Source: Octopus vulgaris
Taxonomy: Eukaryota
DNA: 64,000 nt
Direction of reading: 5' to 3'
NCBI GenBank assembly: GCA_951406725.2
Contig: OX597826.1
Coordinates: forward strand, 80,538,001 to 80,602,000
Shown here: in pieces, positions 57,901 through 64,000 of the stretch
Position numbering within the stretch: position 1 is the first letter of the stretch
Layout of the letters: every line of letters starts with the position of its first letter
Notes under the pieces: model-generated
Databases searched by the model: none
The model's input: the letters and a program-made list of their open reading frames with translations, nothing else
What the model was told of the DNA's origin: nothing
Program-made: the position numbers and the translations under genes

Positions 57901-60376
57901 ACCAATGAATAAATAAATAAATCATCATTACAATCACCATTTTACAAATAAATCAATAAATACTCAACTGAATTAATATTGGTCAATCTTGCATATAAAT
58001 TTCTAACAACAGATTGGGAAATGTGCAAATTCTTAAAAGATACTTTTTTTTTTTTTGGAAAGTATGTTCTTGTTCATGTAGTTGGTGTCAAACCTTCAAC
58101 CCACTTGTTAACACAACCACAACAACAAAACATGCTCACGTATTCGTCAATTACCTGTGGCTTGTTTATTAATAGTCCTTGAACAGACTTCATATGTTCC
58201 TTCTGGTACAACACATGCATTCATTATGGGGCTGTCTTCTTTATTGACCGGTTTCCATTCGTCCCATGATGTTTCAAAGTCATCAGCAAACCGAAGACAA
58301 AACCCTACGAAACAACAGAAAACATTTTGTTGGGCAAATTTACAAAATATATTTCAATGAAGAAGACAATTCCATCATAGACCAGTACTTAATACATATA
58401 CAACTATTCACATAATGGTCAAAGTAAAAGAGAGGAAACAAAAAGGAATAAATCAAACAACATTAGAATCATGCATTCTCCCTCGCCACGCCTATGTTCC
58501 ATTGATCATCCTTTCTATAACAACCAATCATCACTCTCTCTCTTTCCTGCTTCTTAACATCGTTCCATATCTACCCCCAACCTCCCCACCATCTTTGTTC
58601 AACTGTCACTACATACACCCCTTTATGCCTCAGATCGCATCCACCCTTATCACATCACACTTTCTCCCAATATTCTTGCAACTTTCGCCCACCAGCTTCC
58701 TACCTCCCATCCTCACATCTCTCTTCTATCTACTGCATTATTCTGCAGCTCATCAACCCTTCCATACTTCGTGCATAACCACTTCTATTGACATCCATTC
58801 CATGTTCTTATCACACTCCCCACCTCCCACCACTCTTATTCACTCTTTACTTCTGTTTACCACTCACTACATTCCTAACCACCTCTCACACTCCCCACAC
58901 TGTTGCAACCCTTACCCACTTACCCTTCTTGATCTTCTATGCCCGGACTCTCTTATATTCACCTTATTGCACCCTGAGGTAACACTCAGACACCTCATCC
59001 CCATTGATCTTCATCTATCTGACTCCACCCCATTTACTCCCACCCATCCTCACACAATGTGGAGCAGCCATGTAAAACCAACTCAGTCCTGTACCTTCTA
59101 TTATACTTTAACCACTCAACATGTAGCATAAAGCCACCTCCCCCTCCATTATACTCCCCCTCAGTTGAAGTGTTCTTTAGTTTGGTTGTAACAGCTCCAG
59201 CCATAAGGAAACCATAAGGAGAAGCTCTTTTGCAGGAACTTCCAAGTTAATTGAACAATAATGAGACACACTGTGTCATCATCATCATCATCATCCAGTG
59301 TTTTAAATCCAGGTTCTGTCATTGTTAACAGGGGTGGCTGGATCTACCTCAATACCATAGCAACTGAGGCAGGCAGGTGCAGCCCACCCCAACCTTCGGT
59401 CTGGCTGGTGCCCATTTTCCCTTGCAATCATGAGGCTTTGTTGGAGCTGGATTCTACAGGGAGCATACCCTTGCCTACCCCCACCCTCAGTTTCTAGACA
59501 TGAGTGGTCCTGAAGCAAAGGTCTCTACCACGATTTTTAAGAAATGTGGTGGAAAACTAGCTCAGGAAGGTAGGGATGCTATTCCCTGAGACCCCTTTCA
59601 GATCCCCACTACCTATTTTCAATAACTGCAAGGTCTAGTCCCCACTTAGCCAGCCCCAGGCAAGAGGTAGGGTGAAAGCATTGACATCAAACAACACAAA
59701 TGTGATCTCTAAGAGCCTCAACTGTTTCAGATCACCTGTTGATATTCATCACTACGTAATCCATACTCAATTACATAATTGTTTATCACAGCATGCTTCC
59801 AAAGCAACACCTACCATCCAACTACCAGTGGTTTCCATTTACACAGATGATACGCTTCAATGGGATCACTGGAGGGCTTAAAACTCTATAGAAACAAATA
59901 CTGACCTGTAAAGCGTCCTTTGCTTACTAAAGATCCAGAAGAACAAGCAGATATTTGAGTGTTCTCAATAGTCAATACCAAAACTGTGCCAACATCAATC
60001 TCCATGAAACGAGTGACATTTTGGGTTCCCTGAAAAAAGGAGAGAAATAAATGTTGAAAGTAGCAGCATGAATATTCGGTTTTTTTTATTTGGTCTGCAA
60101 AATACTTGATATGAATTCATATGTTGAAACAAATTTTGTTGTCTTGGGAGGGTCGTTATGCCAGTAATGATATACGGGTGCACTGGTTCGAAATCACTTC
60201 ATTTATTGTTAGTCAATCAATAGGTTGCAACAGAGGTCATTGTAGTAGAGGTAGTAAAAGTAGAGAGCAGGGACAGCAAGCCTACAGGCCAGTGGCCGAA
60301 GCATGTCTGTGAATAGGTTATGGGAATCAGTTAAATGGCCTTTCTCTGGATATAATGTGAAAAATCTGTGTGTGCA

Positions 60377-60412
<36 letters not shown>

Positions 60413-62509
60413 CAGAATTGTCCCTGGTGTGGGGGAAATATTCCATTGTGGGCCCACACCTGAGTTTTGTAGTATCAATAATTGTTGGAAGGTGAAATAG
60501 TGTCTGACCCTAAACAAGTCTACCAAGTGTATCAACTTTCCATCATAAAGGACAGCTCATGATACCATAAAGCAACTTAGTAACATATCTTAATATACCA
60601 AATTCTTGCTAAAATTCTCAGTTTTTATAGGAAATACACATTACAATACAGACATAAGAAGTTAATTAAAAGAGAAGCGAATAAATTATGTTATTAACTT
60701 CATTGGCTCATGGCTGTTTCTGCTATAAAATGCAATGCACTCATAGTTGAGTGCTTGTGCATCACTCTATAATTTCATCGTAACTTGAAAAATGAAGGGT
60801 TTTTATTTTTGAAGCTCCAATGAAGCTACTGTCAAAGTCCTCAGTCTTATACCAAATTGTTGCCAAGGAACCCAGATCCCCTATCCATATTCATCCAGAG
60901 GACCCCGAATCAAATCCATACTTAGCCAGTGTGCTAAGGTTTGAAAGACAACAGCTAACTTACATTCTGACTGTAAGAATGGATTGGTAGACAAATCCCC
61001 ATGTCATCAACCGTTAACTGTAGAAACAAGGTGGTGAGGTTGGTGTGAGCTGACGGAGCAAGCTGGGGCAGTTTGTCGATTACTTGTCTGGTGGCTGTCT
61101 GAACCTGTAACAAAGAAATACACATCATAAGACTAGAAAAACGAAAACAGTAACTTTAAAAAGATCTTATGATATGAGAAGGAAAACCATTCGGACAGAA
61201 TGCATTTGAAACAAGGGTAAGGTCTGAGTCCGTTTTGATTGATTGATTAATCAAAATTCCTGAGATACTAAATGGCACAATTACAATACATTGGGTTGCT
61301 GGTCTATTCCAGTGGTCCTTAACTGGGGTCCACATAAGATTTTGTTGTTAAAATTCATGTGCAATAAATTGGTTTCACACAAAATATTTCAATTTTTTTT
61401 CATGCAGTTCCTAATGATATTTAATTATAAGATTGTTCAAACATGGAACGGTTATGAAGGTGCATTCAAATAGGAAAGGGGCTCATAGGCAGAAAATGGT
61501 TGAGAACCACTTGTCTGCTCGTTCAACAGGCAGGGGCCTCAATCCTTTTTACAAGGTGTCATTCAGGTGATACATGAAGGAGTCACAACCAATGACTGGT
61601 GTAGCAGCACCATAGTCAGCTGCTACAAAGGCACAGGTGACGCATTAGATACGAATAATTACAGCTATCAAATTGTTGGATCAGGTGATGAAATTCACGG
61701 AGTGGGTCATAGGCCAACTCATTTGGGAGATGCTTTAGACAAGATGCAATTTGGATTTGAGCTAGGGAGAAGCACCACTGATGCTATATTTCTGGTAAGA
61801 CAGTTACAAGAGAAATACATGGCCAAAGATAAACCTCTGTACTTAGCTTTCGTTGACATGGAGAAAGCCTTTGACAGGGTCCCCTGATCCCTTATCTGGT
61901 GGTCAATGCAGAAACTAGGGATAGATGAGTGGTTAGTGAGAGCTGTAGAAGCAATGTACATGGATGCTGTCAGTAAGGTGAGGGTTGGCAACGAGTATAG
62001 TGAAGAATTCCAGGCAGGGGTCCACCAAGGATCAGTCCTCAGCCCCCTCTTATTCATCATAGTCCTCCACGCAAAACAGAGGAATTCAAGACAGGATGCC
62101 AGTGGCATGTAAAAAGCACCATTTGAGCGTGGTCGGTGCCAATGCCACCTGACTGGCCCCCATGCCGGTGGCACGTAAAAAGCACCCACTACACTCTCAG
62201 AGTGGTTGGCATTAAGAAGGGCATCCAGGTGTAGAAACCTTGCCAGATCAGAATGGAACGTGGTGCAGCCTCCTGGTTTGCCAGTCCTCAGTCAGACCGT
62301 CCAACCCATGCCAGCATGGAAAGCAGACGTTAAACAATGGTGACCCCGATTTACAGGAATTGTAATGTCAATTCCTCTTCACCCACTCATGAACTGTCTG
62401 TTCTGGTGCCATGCCTGCAATGACACAAATGCCAAGCAGTATGAGCCTTGGACAACATCAATGATGAGAGCAGGGAGTTGCAAGAATTTTGCCCAAGCCT
62501 ATTGATGCA

Positions 62510-62579
<70 letters not shown>

Positions 62580-64000
62580 CATCTAAGTATTCGTTAAACT
62601 GTGTATGTGTACAAAATCTATATCTCACCTCTCGGTTTAGAGCCATTCTTTGTTCAGTCCAGTATTCATAAGCATTTCTGTAATTCAGCCAAACTAGCAC
62701 AGCTGAAATGAAAGGGTTTAGAAATGATTAAAATTCCTAATTCATTGATACAATAATCCAGATTAACTTTACAAACACAGTGGAATATTTTGGTGATGTT
62801 ACCTTAACCAGCCTAATTCATGATACTCTCAACAACATATTCTCACCTCTCTCCAACACAGATTATTGAATTATGAGATCACATAATTCAATAATCCTTC
62901 TACAACCTTTCACCTAGGGCCTCTAACATAACCAAAGTAAAGTGGGAATCGTTATAAAGACACTTAACCTGTAGAAATAGCAACCAAATCTCCCTTAAAT
63001 CACAGGTCGTCATCTTAAAAAAGGGATATTTTAATCCTAAATATATTATTGAGTCAGAAATAAGACAGGATGGCCACGGTTAGAACACTTTAAATCATAC
63101 ATCTGCTATACCAGAAGAGGTTTGTAGCTAAAAAAACACAAAATCTAAAACACCAGTAATTTTGATGCAATTAAAGTTTACATCATTAACACACATCTTT
63201 TAATTAACTCTTCTCATGGACCATCACCGTTGATTCATGATCTACAATTTCTTGACTGCTTATTCTACCAGTAACAGCCGGGTGTGTTTAGGCTATGGGA
63301 AAGCCACTATATGGTCAGTCAATTCACTAGAATAAGCAGCAAAATCTTCCTCAAATTATTACTTCCAATGTAATTTGGTGCAGAGCGTCTCAAAATCCCA
63401 TACCATCTTAATCCTTTAGCATGTGAACAGGCCACAACTGACCCAAATATTCTACCTGTTTTATGTTCAAATTGGCCATATCCAGCCTCTCACACCTACC
63501 CTACAATGTCAATCTAAAAATTAAATAATTACATCATTGAAATCTCAAAACTGTGAGATAATGCATGATTAATTAAAAACAATGTGAATAAATAAGCAAT
63601 ATATTTGACAGATTAATCTGAATGCTAAAGGGTTACAAAAAGACATGTTGTTTCGTATGGTGCCTGGAACACAAGTGATGGTTATGAAAAAGACAGAATA
63701 GCCATAGGTGAAAATGTTATGAGGTCAGCTCAAGCAGAGTCGACTTGAGATTAAAGAACACCACCACCAATGTGTTTAGGACAGCTGAATTTCTGATTCA
63801 CTTTCGCATAATTTCAAACAGCAACCATTTTCACTAATTACTAACAAAGAACATAAATCAAAAGATTAAATCCCTAAATTAACAACAAACATTTTAGAAA
63901 GTCTAACCTTTGTCAAAGTCTTGGGGCTGTGCTAGAATAATGGGCCGAGTCAGGGTGATTAGCAGTGCCTCTTGGTCTTCTTCTTGGCCAGGTATCATTT
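3039..64000 (-). CDS. BLTP1: BLTP1/KIAA1109/Tweek ortholog (bridge-like lipid transfer protein), multi-exon and partial; C-terminal region, open at both window ends
   Basis: 21-22 GT-AG exons splice into one continuous frame. Peptides such as LITLTRPIILAQP-DFDKAVLVWLNYRNAY, TLFLQLTVDDMGICLP, ACVVPEGTYEVCSRT, LYAWVFLQSLPEEMIISPYLLDFLE, SFPVDVVVFIRV, CDIGSASFKYDMRRLSEIL and WETLVLFAVNL..NMSNVMGNT match, in order, motifs I recall from human KIAA1109/BLTP1. Confidence 0.95.
9714..10043 (-). CDS. BLTP1: Probable BLTP1 exon: DVFSSSCSSSVTSESPQ...HHRRASSGDKWKIQVSQELRAEIAKFSGK
   Basis: Acceptor ttgcctgatcgcag, donor GTTGGC; 330 nt, phase 1 to 1, open frame and coding-like composition in AT-rich surroundings; no recognised homology. 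Confidence 0.75.
11231..11769. mobile_element. Mariner-derived palindromic MITE with TA target-site duplication
   Basis: TA|CGAGGGTGAGTCAAAAAGTAATGCC...GGCATTACTTTTTGACTCACCCTCG|TA; inverted arms of about 200 bp (11231-11430 and 11569-11769); right half reads YHLFGPMKKGLRLKHYFSDEEVKTVVKKWLKEQSTEFY..IDALI*RWNIAIERNSDYVEK*, a mariner transposase C-terminus. Confidence 0.9.
11780..12365 (-). mobile_element. Cluster of three older Meta-like SINE copies
   Basis: Same family motifs, more diverged. Confidence 0.7.
12883..13263. repeat. Degenerate foldback palindrome (about 380 bp)
   Basis: TTGGAAAATGATTTCATAAACGAACCTGGTT ... AACCAGGTTCGTGTTTAAAATAATTTTCCAA and CATAATTACAAGGACTTTCCC ... GGGAAGTTCTTGTAATTATG. 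Confidence 0.8.
14300..14455. repeat. Inverted repeat (arms of about 42 bp) between two (TA)n tracts
   Basis: TAATTAAAAAACTGACAAACATCTCTTACAGCTGTTTCAATT ... AATTGAAACAGCTGTAGGAGATGTTTGTCAATTTTTTAATTA. Confidence 0.8.
14937..14945 (-). CDS. BLTP1: Candidate 9-nt microexon of BLTP1 (ATACCAGTG, net +3 aa)
   Basis: tttttctatttcag|ATACCAGTG|gtaagt; phase 1 to 1 matches the flanking exons. Confidence 0.5.
15102..15307. mobile_element. piggyBac-like TTAA MITE family (other copies at about 27679-28206, 36609-36829, 53298-53712, 63408-63634)
   Basis: TTAA-CCCTTT(A)GCATT...AATGCTAAAGGG-TTAA termini with shared internal sequence across copies. Confidence 0.7.
15950..16400 (+). mobile_element. Decayed Rex/Babar- or CR1-group LINE fragment
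   Basis: NGSAVEKVENYKFTGSHIKGNDSWPNSITSVT resembles the post-RT motif INGxxVERVxxFKFLGVHIxxDLSWxxN; boundaries approximate. Confidence 0.6.
16546..16934. repeat. Long imperfect foldback palindrome (about 390 bp)
   Basis: Centred on GTGTGCTCTAAGCAGAGCACAC; arms pair out to ATTGTTGTATTT / AAATACAACAAT. Confidence 0.85.
17469..17575. repeat. Near-perfect hairpin: 51-bp stem, 5-nt loop
   Basis: AAGAATGTTGTTGACAGTGACTTCGAAATTTTGGCCAGATAAGCCACCACC-ggatt-GATGATGGCTTAACTGGCCAAAACTTCAAAGTCACTGTCAACAACATTCTT, with 5 non-Watson-Crick positions. Confidence 0.9.
19593..20290 (-). mobile_element. Cluster of three Meta-like SINE copies separated by (AAT)n
   Basis: Repeated GGCACAAGGCC...GGATGAAAGGCAAAGTCAACCTC..GGAATTTGAACTCAGAA units. 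Confidence 0.82.
22455..22750 (+). mobile_element. Truncated LINE-like 3' end encoding two C2H2 zinc fingers (second one frameshifted)
   Basis: CRVCHKVCKSNGGLKRHFKIH (C-x2-C-x12-H-x3-H), then CDLCKYASK/TLSGLKSHSRHH across a frameshift, ending in a (TA)n tail. Confidence 0.65.
22850..23365 (-). mobile_element. 5'-truncated RTE LINE 3' end
   Basis: Minus strand reads VEETCGRGRPRKTWDMVVKRDLQTLGLAEAM..D.NLWKYAL (RTE C-terminal GRGRPRKTW motif), then the same 3' UTR as the 61.5-62.3 kb element. Confidence 0.85.
25296..25445 (-). CDS. BLTP1: BLTP1 exon: AICDIGSASFKYDMRRLSEILSFPKAWYRRNLARRMFLGDESVAQAASDE
   Basis: Acceptor cattacatag, donor GTCAGT; 150 nt, phase 1 to 1; highly conserved motif. Confidence 0.95.
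25785..25865 (+). mobile_element. Short tRNA-derived SINE head or tRNA pseudogene
   Basis: A-box TGGCGTAGTGG and B-box GTTCGATTCC; stems do not pair well, so not a functional tRNA. Confidence 0.6.
26279..26515 (-). CDS. BLTP1: BLTP1 exon: GCIQEHGGNLFTEFTRKDSLSLNVEFIKVHISRSRK...KSNCVRFS
   Basis: Acceptor aatttcag, donor GTAAAT; 237 nt, phase 1 to 1; RKDSLS.N.EF.KV motif. Confidence 0.92.
26882..27083 (-). mobile_element. Meta-like SINE with TSD ACAAAACTAAATATT (further copies at about 17165-17375, 28566-28778, 29720-29915, 37290-37475, 46978-47190, 49965-50312, 53441-53655)
   Basis: Family motifs plus 15-bp direct repeats. Confidence 0.82.
27691..28007 (+). mobile_element. Retroposon 3' fragment inserted in a piggyBac-like MITE; inverted copy at about 59277-59610
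   Basis: About 310 bp shared in reverse complement with 59277-59610; ends TTTAAAACACTGGATGAT. Confidence 0.7.
28219..28524 (-). CDS. BLTP1: BLTP1 exon: HKRSPSVHRERNYSG...GGLSFTACLTNFSLYIFHPYGGG...QKSEL
   Basis: Acceptor ttctttgtag, donor GTAAGT; 306 nt, phase 1 to 1; GLSFTAC..FSLY.FHPYG motif. Confidence 0.93.
28780..29060 (-). mobile_element. Probable LINE 3' UTR remnant with AATAAA and (TAT)n tail
   Basis: Minus strand ends CCCTTGTGGCCAATAAACGAATTAGTTATTATTATTAT. Confidence 0.45.
29129..29383 (-). CDS. BLTP1: BLTP1 exon: AELVGQVLMDLDAS...SFPVDVVVFIRVDSSVIRFNCAPMSRVECMIQVPSLETVFSTKG...KAK
   Basis: Acceptor ttgtttcag, donor GTAAGT; 255 nt, phase 1 to 1. Confidence 0.94.
31008..31095 (-). 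CDS. BLTP1: BLTP1 exon: EMIISPYLLDFLEQALEPLPLSQPFSTKK
   Basis: Acceptor cattttcag, donor GTAGAT; 88 nt, phase 0 to 1. Confidence 0.92.
31772..32194 (-). mobile_element. Tandem SINE dimer (Meta-like) inside one TSD
   Basis: Two head-to-tail copies; GAGAGAATTAGATAT flanks both sides and a degenerate copy lies between them. Confidence 0.8.
33568..33762 (-). CDS. BLTP1: BLTP1 exon: VHYNSKTSALDSPAAKPG...KKANLYAWVFLQSLPE
   Basis: Acceptor tgtttttag, donor GTAAGT; 195 nt, phase 0 to 0. Confidence 0.93.
33893..34445 (-). mobile_element. Degenerate, internally deleted mariner element
   Basis: Minus strand reads FFFPKIKSHLKGTGFLDVEEIQKNAMKQLDAIPKK..QEFLHQW...FKGD (mariner C-terminus); decayed TIR-like ends next to TA. 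Confidence 0.7.
34547..34853 (-). mobile_element. tRNA-derived SINE with TSD CCATCTTTTTG
   Basis: A-box TGGCCTAATGGTTAGAGC and B-box GGTTTGAATCTC on the minus strand; direct repeats on both sides. Confidence 0.7.
35285..35760. repeat. Degenerate (GAT/GGT)n tract
   Basis: Direct reading. Confidence 0.85.
35828..35996 (-). CDS. BLTP1: BLTP1 exon: VHKKPETSPVTGRKKMKRQDSN...VENTVFFLPGLDVR
   Basis: Acceptor atattgcag, donor GTGAGT; 169 nt, phase 2 to 0. Confidence 0.9.
36073..36305 (+). mobile_element. tRNA-derived SINE (Meta-like core), plus-strand copy with TSD TCTCATAAATAT
   Basis: Same family as 57542-57772; direct repeats at about 36061 and 36308. Confidence 0.85.
36342..36550 (-). mobile_element. 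tRNA-derived SINE (Meta-like core), minus-strand copy, tail-to-tail with the 36073 copy
   Basis: GACCCTGAAAGGATGAAAGGTAAAGTC...GAACTCAGGAC family motifs. Confidence 0.8.
36826..36958. mobile_element. Short TTAA-flanked inverted-repeat MITE sharing its TTAA with the adjacent piggyBac-like MITE
   Basis: TTAAGGCATAGGTTTTAGAAGCCACTGCCAGCTGGAA ... TTCCAGCTGGTAGAGGCTTCCAAAACCTATCCCTTAA (arms of about 37 bp). Confidence 0.65.
37906..38175 (-). CDS. BLTP1: BLTP1 exon: DGRPFDNSKQ...TPDPSVDFELDFKVFINSGKWILHPKDNKEEDLKK
   Basis: Acceptor atctcttcag, donor GTACAC; 270 nt, phase 2 to 2; DFELD..I.SGK..LHP motif. Confidence 0.9.
39002..39338. mobile_element. hAT (Charlie-like) MITE
   Basis: TIRs CAGGGGTTCTCAAC...GCTGAGAACCACTG in an NTCTAGAN-like target; a similar decayed element lies at about 61310-61512. 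Confidence 0.7.
39570..40390 (-). mobile_element. Decayed CR1/L2-like LINE ORF2 fragment
   Basis: KPWWLTN, ILLKQYFPESALILAKFVFDFSLQSSVPLFRKS and RLIALLPNTSKMV resemble pre-RT motifs (LK.CAPELAP.LAKLF..SL..G.VP..WK, YRPISLLP..SK); many stops and frameshifts. Confidence 0.7.
40865..41180 (-). mobile_element. Third tRNA-derived SINE family (related copies at about 520-705, 27340-27495, 33060-33230, 51855-52150)
   Basis: Minus-strand head TGGCTTAGTGGTTAGGG..GAGTTCAATTCC, then TCCTTGAGCAAGAC...GTCCACTCACCTGG core. Confidence 0.75.
41375..41584 (-). CDS. BLTP1: Probable BLTP1 exon: SPDTNNIFDFRNGSSSIQEPMRHHSLRCPVSHRPYNLHDILSSSSEASLSSDEELSLDQKEPFQPLHPA
   Basis: Acceptor ctaatctcttag, donor GTAAGT; 210 nt, phase 2 to 2, open in frame. 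Confidence 0.78.
43194..43359. mobile_element. Small hAT-like MITE with 8-bp TSD
   Basis: TIRs CAGGGCTGGCCTTAGGG...CCTTAAGTTAGCCCTA; flanks CTTAGGAA and CTTAGAAA (7/8 identical). Confidence 0.7.
44278..44406 (-). CDS. BLTP1: Probable BLTP1 cassette exon: SESNGKAHILRHTEGLAEGSSSEIKSLITHAEMPFESSPDTSP
   Basis: Acceptor ttcttccattaacag, donor GTACGC; 129 nt, phase 2 to 2, open in the required frame; no recognisable homology. Confidence 0.65.
44899..45250 (+). mobile_element. tRNA-derived SINE with CORE-like segment and internal (TG)n (related copies at about 2440-2860 -, 31335-31500 +, 56150-56570 -)
   Basis: GCGCAGGCACGGCTGTGTGGTAAGAAGCTTGCTTCCCAACCACATGG head, GGCACCTTGGGTAAGTGTCTTCTACT core. 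Confidence 0.8.
45275..45610 (+). mobile_element. RTE-tail non-autonomous repeat with (GAT)n end (other copies at about 16933-17085 -, 17992-18130 -, 18420-18585 +, 26000-26210 +, 29921-30222 -, 32740-32948 +, 43466-43615 -, 48700-48920 -, 52920-53016 +, 55610-55790 -)
   Basis: GGAGTGGTTGGCATTAGGAAGGGCATCCAGCTGTAGAAAC...CCAACCCATGCTAGCATGGAAAGTGGACATTAAATGATGATG, matching the 3' end of the RTE LINE at 62.1-62.3 kb. Confidence 0.82.
47545..47760. repeat. (GAA)n purine tract
   Basis: Direct reading. Confidence 0.95.
49802..49899 (-). CDS. BLTP1: BLTP1 exon: ASVLKDTLGLGHKPTHSRSKSFGGHHPRRHHR
   Basis: Acceptor attttttag, donor GTGAGT; 98 nt, phase 0 to 2; resembles LKDKWGLSYKPSYSRSKS. Confidence 0.9.
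50882..51005 (-). CDS. BLTP1: BLTP1 exon: KQLGASQSVVDIEIRKLEGLQMLLFNDFRRDVLNKLKKQGEK
   Basis: Acceptor gctccacag, donor GTTTGC; 124 nt, phase 2 to 0. Confidence 0.9.
51311..51453 (-). CDS. BLTP1: BLTP1 exon: HEAPTRRQTIAAEHLPAFVFDTTLEPKVRARLIEKEMNEQAIVVQDL
   Basis: Acceptor ttctttcag, donor GTAAGT; 143 nt, phase 0 to 2; MNEQA motif. Confidence 0.9.
54890..55275. repeat. GA-rich low-complexity tract
   Basis: Direct reading. Confidence 0.85.
57044..57255 (-). CDS. BLTP1: BLTP1 exon: DPPSNAKWILNVLWEMEGIDVHLDTNIGKKLSGLAHTLTALAGD...PWGQ
   Basis: Acceptor ttgttcacag, donor GTAAAG; 212 nt, phase 1 to 0. Confidence 0.93.
57542..57772 (-). mobile_element. Young full-length tRNA-derived SINE (Meta-like core) with TSD, nested in an RTE-tail repeat
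   Basis: GGCGGCGAGCTGGCAG head, GAGTTCAAATTCC B-box, GTCGACTTTGTCTTTCATCCTTTCGGGGTCG core; TSD AGAATGGAATATC at 57529-57541 and 57773-57785; many CpGs retained. Confidence 0.88.
58155..58304 (-). CDS. BLTP1: BLTP1 exon: GFCLRFADDFETSWDEWKPVNKEDSPIMNACVVPEGTYEVCSRTINKQAT
   Basis: Acceptor gtttcgtag, donor GTAATT; 150 nt, phase 1 to 1. Confidence 0.94.
59906..60029 (-). CDS. BLTP1: BLTP1 exon: GTQNVTRFMEIDVGTVLVLTIENTQISACSSGSLVSKGRFT
   Basis: Acceptor ccttttttcag, donor GTCAGT; 124 nt, phase 0 to 1. Confidence 0.93.
60964..61104 (-). CDS. BLTP1: BLTP1 exon: VQTATRQVIDKLPQLAPSAHTNLTTLFLQLTVDDMGICLPIHSYSQN
   Basis: Acceptor ttgttacag, donor GTAAGT; 141 nt, phase 0 to 0. Confidence 0.93.
61565..62345 (+). 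mobile_element. RTE-clade LINE fragment: partial reverse transcriptase joined to the 3' UTR/tail
   Basis: QFGFELGRSTTDAIFLVRQLQEKY..KDKPLYLAFVDMEKAFDRVP* and GVHQGSVLSPLLFIIV with a stop and deletions, followed by the GGAGTGGTTGGC..AAGGGCATCCAG..CCAACCCATGCCAGCATGG tail. Confidence 0.92.
62629..62702 (-). CDS. BLTP1: BLTP1 exon: AVLVWLNYRNAYEYWTEQRMALNRE
   Basis: Acceptor catttcag, donor GTGAGA; 74 nt, phase 1 to 0. Confidence 0.93.
63908..64000 (-). CDS. BLTP1: BLTP1 exon (5' side truncated by window): MIPGQEEDQEALLITLTRPIILAQPQDFDK
   Basis: Donor G|GTTAG at 63907, phase 1; resembles KIAA1109 EAVLITLNRPIVYAQPVAFDR. Confidence 0.9.

Noticed and set aside
58415-59131. 238-aa plus-strand ORF, the longest in the track
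   Set aside because: Pyrimidine/CA-rich low-complexity sequence depleted of stop codons; no domain motifs, and antisense within an intron.
1-64000. CRISPR arrays, operons or prokaryotic defence systems
   Set aside because: The sequence is a spliced animal gene; the recurrent motifs are dispersed SINEs/MITEs, not regularly spaced repeat-spacer arrays.

Overview
Eukaryotic, AT-rich, microsatellite-dense genomic DNA. Its repeat content (tRNA-derived SINEs with Meta-like and CORE-like cores, RTE-LINE tails ending in (GAT)n, (TA)n/(CA)n tracts) points to an octopod cephalopod, probably Octopus; this is inferred from remembered repeat sequences, not from a search. The whole window lies inside one large minus-strand gene, the BLTP1/KIAA1109/Tweek bridge-like lipid transfer protein. 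I traced 21 GT-AG exons plus one candidate 9-nt microexon from 64000 down to 3039. All junction phases are compatible, giving about 3.77 kb of coding sequence (about 1250 aa) from the C-terminal part of the protein. The gene continues beyond both ends of the window. Almost all supplied ORFs are artefacts of simple repeats or SINEs. The introns hold many SINEs, decayed LINEs (RTE, CR1/L2-like, Rex-like, and one with C2H2 zinc fingers), mariner, hAT and piggyBac-like MITEs, and a cluster of long foldback palindromes, several carrying hammerhead-like cores. The best leads are the microexon, the frame-preserving non-conserved cassette exons with TGCATG motifs, a near-perfect 51-bp intronic hairpin, dsRNA-forming repeats next to exons (possible ADAR substrates), and a strong SINE orientation bias. 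I cannot support a wholly new multi-gene system from this sequence. Homology calls rest on remembered protein motifs and need confirmation.
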